Positions 11,918 through 24,166 of a stretch of 36,124 nt of DNA are shown here, piece by piece. The notes below the pieces were generated by a model. It saw only the letters and a program-made list of their open reading frames with translations. It was not told where the DNA came from and did not search any database. The position numbers and the translations under genes are program-made. Each line of letters starts with the position of its first letter. Positions within the stretch are counted from its first letter, which is position 1. Origin of the DNA: Nemertoderma westbladi. Its lineage: Eukaryota; Animalia; Xenacoelomorpha. The stretch spans positions 1 to 36,124 of the forward strand of contig JAUCBJ010005240.1 in NCBI GenBank assembly GCA_032718475.1, given 5' to 3'.

Positions 11918-14525
11918 CTAGTTCGCTCCTCCCGTCTTTGGGAACCATCTCAGTTCCTTCCCTTTGTTGTCGTCCTGTCTCGGTCGCTTCCTCATTGTCA
12001 CCGCTTATTTGTTCATATCCTCCTTAAGGCTCCTCATCCTTGCCGTTACCTCCTTACTGATTCCCGTGGACGATTCTTTGGGTGCTGGTGTTATTAGCCC
12101 CGGATCGCTTCGCAGGCGGCCCTTCTGAATGCCCCTCCTGCTTTCCCCTAGTAGCGTCCCACAAGATCATCTTCATGGCCGCCGGCAGATGCTCCGCCAG
12201 GAAATCTATGAACTCTCCCCTGTTCTCTGGCACCCATCTATCTAAATACCTCTGCGTATTGATCACTCCACCATACGATGCTGCAGTCGCTACTTCTTGA
12301 TAAGTAAACGGAAGTCTCTGCTTAATGATTTCCAGGTGGGCCTCCTGGTTAATATTAAGAAACTCCACCGGAACTCCTGGGCCTTCATTAACTGCCGCGT
12401 CATGACGCCGACATCGGCCCACTCCTCGAAGATCTTAAACTTCTCCTCATTGTCCATCCAGTCGCACTGGCGCCCGTAGTGCCCCCGGAAGTTACACTTA
12501 GAACACCGGTTGTGCAACCGCGGACACGCCCCCATCCTATGACTCGACTCGCGGCAGTAGAGGCAACTCGTCCCCTTCTGGAATCGATACAAGCAGCTCT
12601 TTTCCTGGTGAGTAAGCCTCCCGCAGTAATTGCAGCCGTGTATCAACGCATCCCGCCCCAAGTCGTCTTTTGCCCCAAGCGATCTCCTGGGTCTATGGAG
12701 CCATTGGTAAGCAAACTTCTGGACGTTAATGTCTCTATCCATATCTACGTCCTCGTCTTGCCCCGGCATCGTCTCTCCGAACACTACCTTACCTGTGGTG
12801 CCGTTCCCAGTTGCTCGCCCAACCTGATGGTGCTCCCCGCGAAATCCATCGCCGGCTCCTCATGCACCCAGGCCCGCTTGCCGGGTTTATCCCAGAAGGC
12901 CCTCGCCCCGCTGGCCGTCACCACTCTCCCGCCAACCCAGTCCGTGTCTGAGTGGCCGATCCTCTCGATGGGTGGCATCTCCCCGAACTCGTCGTCATCC
13001 TCGTCTCCCGCTGGGAGTGGATCCAATCCCGGTATCCCGGCAGACCCACTGAGTCCCTTCCCACCTTGGCTCTTGCCCATAACTTTCCATCCTTCCAGTT
13101 CTCTTGGTCTCTTTCTCGCGAAATCGCACTCAGAGCCCGCTGGCATGGGTATCGCTTGAAAACCTGATGTCGACTGTTTCGGCGATTCTTCGGTCCATCC
13201 TAGCTCCTGCCCCAGAGACTCGCCCGAGCTCCCTGATCCCCACCGTAACTCATCCAAGTTCTGGGCCTCAAACCCATAGTCCTCTCCTCTAGCTTCCACC
13301 TCTCTTTCATCTGCCTCCCTCCTTTCTCGTCTGGCGATTTCTTCCAATCGCTTCTCCTCTAGTCTATCCGCCTCTAGCTTCTCCCACCTCTGATATGGTG
13401 TATCCACCTCCCTGTCTACTAGATATCGGCAGTTGTAGTATACCGACTCAACCTTCAGTCCCGGGTGGTCTGCCAGACCCTCGAAGGCCACCTTGAAGGC
13501 TCTTCTGTAGTTCAGGGGTGATCCTGACAGCAGAAAAGCCGTTGTTCTCTTCCGATAGCCACGGCCATGAATAGGTTTAGTAAACCTATCATTATCCAAT
13601 CCTCCTGCAGGATATATTTCTTCTGATATATCTTTATCGCTCCTCTCCGGAATTGATACACCTCCTGTTTCCCTGGCCTCGCTCCCCACTTCAGCGAGTT
13701 CACCAACTCCGCTCCGTACTCCTCCCTGAATTTACCCCAGTCCATCGGCTTGTGGCAGACGAGCCCCATGAGCTGACCCATCGCCACTGCGCCGCAATGT
13801 CCTGTGTTCTCTACTAATCCCAACCCGGCTGGCCCTGTCATGGCCATGTAGACCGTTTGCATGTCCAGGAGGTTGGGGGTCTCCAGTCCGACGATCCTCT
13901 CCGCATTGTCGCGGATCGCCGATCCCACCTTCATAGTCGACTTCTCACTTACTAGGTTCTGCACCGCCCTTAGCAACCGGTTCAACTTCGGCCCGCTCTT
14001 CTTCCTATACATTTCCAGATCGAACAGGAATATGTTCCCATTTGGCGCAGCCAAATGCAGAAGTATCATTCTGGCCGACCCCGCCGACCCTCTTCTCAAA
14101 CCCTCGTCATCTTCCACGGTCCCTTCGTCGTCCAGGACCATGTATCCTCCCCTGCTGACGGACTCTACGAACCTCTTCCAGTCCTTTCTCGGTGGTTCCC
14201 TCGGATACTTCGGTATCCCAGACTTCGCCTCGTCTCCCTTCACTACGTAATGGAAATGTTTGAGGATCGCATTGTCTAGCGACGGCGTCCCATAGGTCCT
14301 GACCAGCAGCCTCTCGTGCACCTCCCTGAAATTGTCCTGCAGCGCTCGCGCCTTGTGACCCTTCTCTAACCGCTCGTAGTATCCCCTCGTCTTCTCCTCC
14401 GGATGCCTCTGGGTGAAATATACTAGTATCTCCTTTCCACCTCTTTCCGCCTTTCTCTTTCTGACAAGTCTCTCCACCATTTCGAACACTCCCGATCGCT
14501 CACCTACAAGGTGGTGCCTTACCAT
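11918..14525 (-). pseudogene. Extra ORF of BEL copy 1: DEDD-type 3'-5' exonuclease domain plus three CCHC zinc knuckles (~870 codons, frameshifted)
   Basis: Pieces 13512..14525, 12784..13689, 12290..12784 and 12054..12422 join by comparison with copy 2. Motifs MVLDDEG, ILLHLA...IFLFDL, KVGSAIRD(N/D), LLDMQ, KWGARP, QKKYILQED; knuckles CNYCGRLTHQEKSC, CLYCRESSHRMGAC, CSKCNFRGHYGRQC; ends ELRWFPKTGGAN*. Confidence 0.8.
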
Positions 14526-14969
14526 GGCTCAAAGTAGATGAGTGATGTAGTTAGGATGGTCTGTGCGGTCCGATAATGGCCTATCTCTCTCAGAACACTT
14601 GGTTTTTACACTATATTTGCCTATGTACCACCTAAAGTGCTAAATTTTTCTAAATTCCCTAAATCTGTCAGTTGCTTTTATTATGTTCTACAATTTCCTA
14701 CCTACTGTTACTATAATTTATTGAATTTTAATTTAATTATAATTTTTAAATCTATTACTGTGCTATCAATACTCATAATGGATTATTTGTTTAAATAACC
14801 CCTATGGTTTGCATACAGGGTAGACTAGCTATTCCCTACTATGCTAGTCTGCACCAGGTAACCTTTTGGCCCTGTATCAAACATTCTGACCTACTCTACG
14901 GGCTGTGCAGTACAGTAGTATGTCTCGTGCAGCCAACACAGTCTGTCCTGCTGTACCCATGACCCTCTC

Positions 14970-15560
14970 ACTTCTTACTACTAACCCTACTAACTCTCTA
15001 ACTCTACTAACTCTCTAACTCTTACTAACTCTCTAACTCTTACTAACTCTCTAACACTTACTAACTCTCTAACCCTTACTAACTCTCTAACACTTACTAA
15101 CTCTCTAACTCTTACTAACACTCTAACTCTTACTCCACTAACGGTACTATGTACCCTCTTACCCTCTAACTCTTACTAACTTCTACTAACGGTACTGCGT
15201 ACCCTCTTACACTCTAACTCTTACTAACGGTACTACGTACCCTCCTACTTTCTAACTCTAACTCCACTAACGGTACTACGTGCCCTCTTACCCTCTAACT
15301 CTTACTAACTTCTACTAACGGTACTGCTTACCCTCTTACACTCTAACTCTTACTAAATTCTACTAATGGTACTGCGTACCCTCTTACACTCTAACTCTTA
15401 CTAACTTCTACTAATGGTACTGCGTACCCTCTTACACTCTAACTCTTACTAACTTCTACTAACGGTACTGCGTACCCTCTTACACTCTAACTCTTACTAA
15501 CTTCTACTAACGGTACTGAGTACCCTCTTACTCTACTAACTCTTACTAACTTCTATCTGC
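14970..15560. repeat. Tandem repeats in the pol / extra-ORF spacer (~18-bp units merging into ~45-bp units)
   Basis: (ctaactcttactaactct)n followed by units containing aacggtactgcgtaccctcttacactct. Confidence 0.9.
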
Positions 15561-15723
15561 CTACTTACTTACTACTACGTACTATCTACTATTACTTTCT
15601 CTTTCTAACTTTCTAACTTTCTTTCTACTTTATTTTATTTTTATTTTTTTTTATATTTTGTGTGGGAAGGGCGTCTCGCCCTCAATCCCACCCCCCTCAG
15701 TCCAACACTTGGACGACTAAACT

Positions 15724-18700
15724 CTATGGTGCCCCTTCTAACAGGCAGCATTTCCCTACAGCCCTCCTGTAGGTCTTCCTGTCCTTTGCTCCTATCTTAC
15801 CCCCTATCCGCACTTCCACCGATCGGACTCTTCCGTCGTCGTCGGGGTAAGTGTCAACTACTCTCGCTAGCCTCCACTGATTGTTGATGATTGTGTCGTT
15901 GGTGACGATCACTAAATCACCTTTCTTTAACTCTCTAGTGGTGTTTCTCCACTTGCTCCTCCTGTGTAATGTGGGTAGGTATTCCTCGACCCACCTCCTC
16001 CAGTACTCTGCGCTTATCGCGTTGGCGACTTTCCAACTCTGTCGGGAGTGTATGTCATCTGGGTCTACACCCCGCATGTCAATGGTCGCCGGCCTTTCCA
16101 TCAGAAATTGGCTCGGCGTTAGCACGTCTAGTGATTCCGGGTCGTCATTTTCTGGATATAGTGGTCTGCTATTGATGATTCCCTCACACTTAGCTAGCAC
16201 TGTCCTTAGTATGTCCTCTGTTACCATGTGGCTGTTCATCAACTTCGTCATCAGATGCTTGGAACTACCCACAAGCCTCTCGACACATCCTAAAGTATGC
16301 GGCGCATACGGCGTCCTCCTTTCCCACTTCACCTGTCGTCTCCTCATGGCTGCTCTGACCTCTTCTCCTTCTAGGATGTCAAGGCCTCCGCCAACTCGTT
16401 CTCTGCTCCCACAAAGTTGGTTCCATTGTCGGAATAGATCACTGCGATTGTCCCACCTTTGCAGTCTCTGAATCTCTCTAAGGCATTGATGAATGCCGAT
16501 GCCGTAGCATCCTGGGCGAGTTCTATTCCTACCGCCCTCGTGTTGTTACATACGAAGATGATGCCGTAGCGTTTCTCTATGTGTCGCATCACCTTGATCT
16601 TAATCGGCCCGAACATGTCTACGCCGCAGTGCGTGAATGGCGGCTTGAGCTGTCTCACCCTAATGGCCGGTAATGGCACCATCTCCTGTACGGCCCGCTC
16701 CTTTCTCGTTCGTCGGCAGGTCTGGCACTGCCCCACTACTGCCTTCACCTTCTTTCTTAGCTGCGCGATCCAGAAGGTCCTCCGTATCTCTGTGAGGGTC
16801 TGGTTGGTGCGTCCGTGCAATATCAACTTGTGGGAGTCTGAAATAATCTGGTGGACTATCGGCGATTGGTTGGGGATGATAATGGGTTTTGGTGGAATGA
16901 TAAGGCTGTTGTTATTCAGCACTCTGGAATTCATCACCAGAATCCCGTCATCGTTGAGTTGTGGCGACAGCGTGATGAGCTCGCTGTCCCGACAAAGATG
17001 TTGTTGTTTGCTAACCCGATCCACTTCGTCGCCGTAGTTCCTTCTTTGTTCGTACCGTATCACGGCCTTAGCCGCTCCCTCCAGATTGATGTTTGGTTTC
17101 CTCTTGGCGTCCTTGCCAACTCCCTTGAGGAAATCCCCGTAGGCCCTCCAGTATGCTACCAACTTCTTGGTCTTGTACCAGCTTGAGCTGTAGCTGAGCA
17201 GCTTATCCGTCGGGTTATCGCATGGCTCTTCTAATTTCGGTTGCACCTCCCTGACTTCCCTCACCATCTGACTATATATCTCTTCACCTTCTGAATCTTC
17301 TCCTTCTCCCTCTTCCCCTGGTGCTACTTCCTCTTAACCCGGGTCCACCTTCTTCATTGGTGGCCAGGCCGATCTATCGTTCAGGAAGTGCAGCCCGTGT
17401 TGCCACAACACTTCCTTCTTTGAGAAAGTTTGGTGTGCCACGCCCCTCGATAACAAGTCTGCTGGGTTCTCGTCCGTTGGGCAGTAGTGTCACCTTTCCA
17501 AGTCTGTCGTCGCCCTTATTTCGTCCACCCTATTTGGACGAATATAGGGTATCTCGTCTTCTCATTGTGTAGCCACCCGAGCACTACCATGCAGTCCCTC
17601 CAGTAGTGTGTCTCCACTATGTTGGGTATTGCCTCCATCAAGTAGGCTGTGGCCCTTACTCCTAATCTTGCAGCTGTCAACTCGAGTTTCGGGACTGATG
17701 CTGAATCCGGCAGCGTCGACTTTGCTTTACTGAATGCAAGTCTGGGCTTATGAGCCCCCTTTCGCTGTACTAGGTAGAGTGCCGCTCCGTATACTTCCAA
17801 TGATACACACGTGGCATGCTGTACATCCCCATCTGTTCTAAACTCCCCGTCCACTTACTCCATTGCTTACTGATTTCTTCCGGGGCCTCTGTATCCCACT
17901 CGTCCTTTAACTTATATACTTTCTTAAGTATCTGTTTCCCCGTGACTAACAGTGGGGATGCTAGGCATGAGGGATCGTATATCCTTGGTATGTACGATAC
18001 ATAGCCCCTATTTGTGTGGATCTCCGCGCCCTCCTGGCTCAGTTGGTACTTGAACTCGTCTGTCTCCCGGTTCCACACGATCCCCAGCGCCTTCTGCTGA
18101 GACTCCACTCTCTTGTCCACCATGTCCTGTCCCTTGGCTGTTGTGGGGTTGTCCATGGTCGACTCTGGCCGCCTGTCCTCTATGGCTTTCATAAACTCCT
18201 CTGAGCAGGATTCAAACTTGGTCAGGTTAAATCCAGATCCTTTCAGGATGTCGCGAACCTCGAGCCCTGTGTCCAGTAATTCTTTAACCGTGTTCCCAGA
18301 CTCCATCCCGTTGTCTACATAGAAGCCGCGTCGAATCATATCGATCACTTTCACGCTATACCTCCCCTCTTTCCTCTCTACAGTATCTCTTACAGCCACA
18401 GTCGTTGTGAATGAGGACGACTTGGCCCCCATGTTCTGCACCACCATCTTGTACATTGGTATTACTGACGGCTCCTCATCGCTGTTGTACCATAGGAAGC
18501 GCTGGCTGTCGCTGTCCTCCTCCGTCCCATGGACTTGGTTGAACATGCCTTCGATGTCGCAGGTGAAGGCGTGTCTCCCATTTCTAAATCTCAATAAGAC
18601 CTCAATCCCCAAGTTGTAGATATTGGGGCCCTCCAGCAGATAGTCGTTTAGGCTTTTGCCATTGGTTTTCGCCGATGCGTCAACCACCATCCGCTGTTTA

Positions 18701-21700
18701 CCCTTCTTTGGGTCTAAGGCCACATGAAGTGGCAGGTAGTAGGTCCTGTCCGTGTTCGGTTCATCGACCGGCAACTCCACGGCCCATCCTTTCTCGACGT
18801 ACTTCTTTATTGTCTTATGGATGTACTCATCCTTCTCGGGGCTCCGTTTCAGCGTTTTCTTCAGTTTGCGAAGCCTCGTAAGTACCATCCTCTTGTTCTC
18901 GGGTAGCGGAAGTTTTGGCTGTTTCCACACCATGCCTATGGTGTACTGCCCCTCGTCGCATCTCATCGACTCCTTCACACTCTGTACTGCTTGTTTATCC
19001 TCTACCGAGGTTCCAACCCCGGTCTCCTTTAGTCCCTCAAAATCCTGTCTCAACAGTCTCTTCAGCTGCTCCTCCGCTCCTTCATCTTCCATCTCCCTCA
19101 TAGTTCCCGCGAACATGCACCCTGATGTCTCCGATATCCTAAATGGAATTTTGGTTTTAATTGGGCCGCTCAGCGTCTATCCAAATGGTGTGAGAATTGC
19201 CATTGGATCGCGCTGTCTGTCTTCCCCGAAGATCGTCTGTATTCTTTCGTGGGCCGTCGGGCAGTCCATTCCCACTATGATGGATACCTTCCTGACATCC
19301 ACCTCCGGTATCGAGAAATCGATGTTGTCCAGGAATCTGTATTGCTCGACCTCGATGTTGGTTGGTCGCCTGGCGTTTATGTTGATCGATTCTATTACCT
19401 GGATGGGGTCAATGGTCGCCCCATAGTCACATCCCGGTGCTATCGCTGATATCTCGCACCTTCCCGTCCTCATCTCCAGGACCTCATCTTTGCTGGAGAT
19501 GGTAGTTACTGCCATCCTACTTGGCCTCGTTTTTAACCCTATCTCCTCGGCCACCCAATTCTCCACCAATGTGAAGGCTGCTCCGCTGTCGACCAGCATC
19601 AAAGTAGTAACTGATCGACCGCCTTCTCCTATCACCCTCACTGGCACTACCCCGAGTAGTACCGTTCCCCTTCTCTTTGCTCCTACGGTGCTTGTCGCCA
19701 TTGTCTGTCCTTTGCCTTGACCGAGCTTAATTGGTGTTTCTTTGCATTGATCAGATTTGTGTCCGCCTGCCACACATCGATGACAGATTCCACTCTTCCT
19801 TGCGTATTCTACCTGATCTTGTTTGGGCAACGCTTGCCAGTACCTGCAGTTCATGGTCTGATGAAGTGCGTTCGAATGCAATTGGCATTTGTTGTTTGGA
19901 TTATAGCTGTCCCTATACAGTGCGCTGCGTGTCGCACTCACATTCGTACCTAGTTCCCTACTGTTCTTATTGTTTGGGTTTGGCCTACTGGGCGTGTTGG
20001 GGTTATATTTGTTTGTGTTGTTATTTAGCCCCTGTCCACTCCATGGTGTGGCCCTACCCCCGGCTATATGTGGACTAGCAGTCCCCTGCATCGATGCGTA
20101 TGGCAGCGATTGTCTAAGCTTTGGTAATGCATTTGCCGTGTTGTGTTCCGGTTTCAGCCTGTTATATTCGGTCTTTGGCGCTGAGGAAGTTCGAAATTTC
20201 CTCTAGGCCCGGTTCCGCACCTTTCTTCTCCCGGGTGGAGAAGGCGATCTTTCTCCATTTATTGGGCAGCCAGATCGGCAGTGCCTGTGCTATCGTGGTG
20301 ATATTATTAGATGCATTGAGCTCGTATGGTGCATCTAGTGTTTTCAGCACGATTAACGCCTTTTCGACCTTGGTCGCGAAGGTCTTTATGCTAACAGGGT
20401 TATCCTGTAGGCCACCCGATGTTATACCCCTTAAGGTCTGCCGGATGATCTTGGCAGGGTGTCCGTATTCCCTGTCTAGGCCCCGCCATGCAGTCGTGAA
20501 GCCACCCTCGATGCCCTGATACTGCCTCACGATGTTGTACGCTGGGCCTCCTGTGTATACTTGTAGATATTTTAGGCACTCCGCCTGCATCAGGTATTTA
20601 GTTAATATTTTGTTGCTGTACATGCGTCGGAATTGTAGGTATTCTTCCGGCCTGCTTCCATCGAATTTAAATGGCTCTACTGGTGGTAATTCGATCCTGG
20701 TCTTGAGCACATCGATAAGTGTTGCCATTCCCATTGCCTGTGCTTCCAATGGGTTCGAAGGATGTTGTACAGATTCTCCCGTTGGGTGCGGTCCACCCAT
20801 CCGGCCTGTTGACTTTCTTTGCGTCGGATATATCATTGGGGGTAACGGCCCCCTCCATATCTCTGTGTCGCAAGATCTGTTCTCGTCCAGGGGGTTTGAT
20901 GTTCTTTGTCCTGTTTGGGTGTATTGTTGATATTGTAATGGGGGAATGTCACCCTGCCCCCCCCCCCCCCCCCCCCACCGGTGGTATGTTTGGTACTGGA
21001 GTTGATGTTAATATATTGGGGCCCATACACCTATCCGCAATAACTCTCCCCTCCCCTGGATATATGTTATGTCCCTGCATATTATAGTCATACTGCTGTG
21101 CTGGTACCGGTATAGGCCTATCCACTTCTTGCCTACCTACCGGTATATACGCCGCGACTTACGGATCTAATCCCGTTGTTCGCGCTACCCTATCGCCTAC
21201 ACTATCTCTCCCAGCATGGCTTATAGTATGTGCAGTAAGGCCTAAAGTATGTCCTGCAGTCTGTATGTGTCCTTCCGGACCGAAGTTTAACCTTCTCGAA
21301 TAGTCCAAGAAGTCCTCCCCGCAACTACCGTACTCTCGATCGGCAGCTATGTCCCGTCGGGAAGTTTCCCTTCGATGCGCATTTAAATTTAAATTATTTG
21401 AATTACTTTGTGTATTTGAATTTAAATTATTATTTGAATTATTTTGTGTATTTAAATTCGGGTTATTTGAATTATATTCTATATTTAAATTAGGATTATT
21501 CGGATTTAAATTATTATTACTGGGCAAAATATTATTTCCTGCAATGAAAGTTTGATTAGGGTTGTCTACTACGGTACTATTAATATTAATGCCTTCTGAC
21601 GTATAATTATTACCCCCCCCCCCCCCCCCACCCCCCCACCCGTACGGTTACACCAGTTTTGTATCTGTCGTCCGGTCCCTGTAAGTGGGGTATAAACAAA

Positions 21701-21850
21701 CAAACGTTTCCATTACTTCTGGCTCCTCGTAAATACTACCCGAGCCAGCCTCACTCTCAGATAATCCCAATTGCACCAGTTCTAGTAGGTGCTTCTGCTT
21801 GGCCTGATATTGCATAAGCCCCCTTAACCGGGGAATGCATATCATCCCGC
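15724..21850 (-). pseudogene. BEL/Pao gag-pol polyprotein (Gag, Zn knuckle, aspartic protease, RT, RNase H, integrase), broken by stops and frameshifts
   Basis: Gag ELPPVEPFKFDG...QF; CHRC...H...C; LVDSGA; LTPFG(W>stop at 19177); YYLPLH, RMVVDAS, DIEGMFNQV, QRFLW, FYVDN; KALGIVWN, YDP, PKLELTAA; IN CGVDMFGP, SDNGTNFVGA, VERLV, INSRPL, LTPSQFL, WRRWVEEYL. True start not determined. Confidence 0.93.
21380..21530 (-). repeat. AT-rich degenerate repeat encoding an Asn-rich tract in the Gag N-terminal region
   Basis: ORF 21159..21527 begins NNNLNPNNPNLNIEYNSNNPNLN...; absent at the equivalent position of copy 2 (~35855). Confidence 0.75.
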
Positions 21851-21864
21851 ATACGCTTTCCTGC

Positions 21865-22040
21865 TATCTCTCTCTTTCTATCCTCTCGTAAACTCTGGTT
21901 CGCTAGCTCTGTTTCTCTCGCCACCCGCTCTCTACGCTCGTTCTCTACTCTCGTCTCTCGCTCTTTACGCTCGTTCTCTACTCTCTTCTCTAGCTCTTTA
22001 CGCTCTTTACGCTCCTTCTCTACTCTTGTCTCTCGCTCCC
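21865..22040. repeat. Pyrimidine-rich tandem repeat
   Basis: Several copies of ctctttacgctcgttctctactct variants. Confidence 0.8.
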
Positions 22041-22839
22041 CGGGTTGAGAATCTTATCATATTAGTAAATTACTACCTAATGGCAAGGTACTGGCATGAT
22101 AATTTTACTAAATTTTTACAATTACCACATTTTGCATTATTTGTTAAGGAATTAAAAAATACTTGCCAAGTACAGTATAGATTTTAAGAAATATTTGGGT
22201 AGGCACTTATTATGCAATGCACTTACCAAATTCTTAACAAATTTTTTATACCTACTGTAGAACATACTTTCGGTGACTTTATAACTTGACAAAAATTTAA
22301 TAAGAACTTTAGTGGTGCTTGACACGCATTGCGGTTAAAAATCAGTCACATGATCCACTGCCAATAAATGACTCATTCAGTCATTATTGTGGTCAGTAGG
22401 CCTACTGCAGAGTTGCGTTTATTGAGGTTTCTTTATTTACGTTTAATTGCTTAATGAGTTTTGCTTACTGAAATAAATAGTGTATAACGTTTTGTATAAC
22501 GTTACTTTAATTTATACTGGTAGTTTTATTTCTGTTTGTTTACTTCAATTCAATTGTTTATTGTATTTTGTACTCTTTAATTCTGTAATTGTTTATCGAG
22601 TTTTGTAATCTTTAATTGTTTAGTGCCTTTAGTATTTAGTGCTTGTTTTGTTTATTTGTTTTGTTTGTACTGTCTATATTGTTAATGAAATATTTATGGT
22701 TTGCCTAATTGTCTGATTGTTGCTAATTGACAATTTAATTGAATTAATGCCTAATTGATACAATTAAAATTGAAATTATTTGAATGTTAGTGAAATTTGA
22801 TTAATAACAATTGAATTTGGAAGAATTGGAATATAAAAA

Positions 22840-23660
22840 AGGCCTCATAATCCAAAGACATATAATGAACTCCGTGATGTTGTTGGGGATCTGGCCTCTC
22901 TAGCATTTGGTCCACGAAACGTGACAGTCTGAACCCATAGTCAGAGACCAGCCTGGAAAAAGTGGAGAGGCAGGACTTTGGTGTGATGTAGGAGTTCCAG
23001 GGGCATTCAACCCGCAGATTGCGTTGTTAGATATCAGGGTCGTAAACCTTGACGCCGAGTCGTATGCGGGACGCCCCCCGATGAGGGTCCTAGAATCTGT
23101 GGAGGACGCTAAAACCGCACTATATGTGGAACCAGCGAGACAGAGGAGAGCGGACTTTGCACCCTTCGTAGTCTCTTGTCTCTCCGTAGAATGGAGTTCT
23201 GGCACCGCATGCCAACAAGCTCCCGAGGATCTTCGCTGATAGGTTACACCACAACTGGGACAGACCTTATAGCACCGTCATGGAATGGGTTCGCCGCCGT
23301 GTGCAGTTCGCATTCGCCATAGTTCGAGGGGCTTCTCATTGCATCAGGGGGTCGAGGCTAAAGTTGCGCAAAATGCGCAGTGGTCTGGGTACGGAGGATG
23401 GAGCTGGATTGCCGATCACTCCACTCGTCTGATGCTGTAAACTGAATCTGTAAACTATGTACTATGTACGTACTAAACTATGTATGTGCTTTCTCTTATT
23501 TGTATATGTGCTAGTTTTTGGAATTATAGTTACTGTAGGTTCTTGTAAAACTCTCAGAGTATAATATTAATTGTAATTTTGCTTTATATTATATTATTGT
23601 TAAAGCGGTTTCATTGTACTAAACGGGGGTTTGGCAGCGGCAGCTCCCAATAAAAAATAA
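22840..23660 (+). mobile_element. 5'-truncated CRE-type non-LTR element (endonuclease end plus 3' UTR), a different family from 2197..8288
   Basis: Frameshifted RH-NELRD, EPIVR, CDVGV, LLDIRVVNLDAESY, FAPFVVS, PYSTVMEWVR, HCIRGSR, stop at 23430-23432; A-rich tail near 23650. Confidence 0.8.
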
Positions 23661-24166
23661 CAAAATGAAGATAAAAAAGTAGACTTACTTTAAAAATATT
23701 TTCCCTGATTTTTTATTCTGTTTTTCCAGAAATTTTCCCAAGGAAACAACCATCTTTTCTCACCTACACCGGGTAGTACCGGTAACGAAATTGTAAAAAA
23801 ATGCCCTAAAATTCAACTAGACCACTACTGTAGCGCTTGATAAGATTACAAATTTGAATTAAATAGTTTTATTGCATAAACAGAAATGAGGAATACCATT
23901 TTTTAACTTTTTGGATAAATTTTTCCGACGTAACTGTGTTTTAGTGTAGACCTACAGTATTTACGCATTTAGATCTGATGTGTATAATAATGTAATAATA
24001 TGTTTGTTGATATGTTGTTTTTATTAAAAACATTAATAGTCTCTGTATTAATTTGTTTACATATGCCATGGGGGGGGGGGGGGGTTACACAGGGCTCTCT
24101 ATCACTCATCTTTGCTCTATCTCTTCCTGGCAGTCACAGTTTGTAGTGTTCTCGGGATTGTTTCAC

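Noticed and set aside
11918-14525. env gene
   Set aside because: Position fits, but no signal peptide, C-terminal transmembrane anchor or glycoprotein features; nuclease and knuckle motifs instead.
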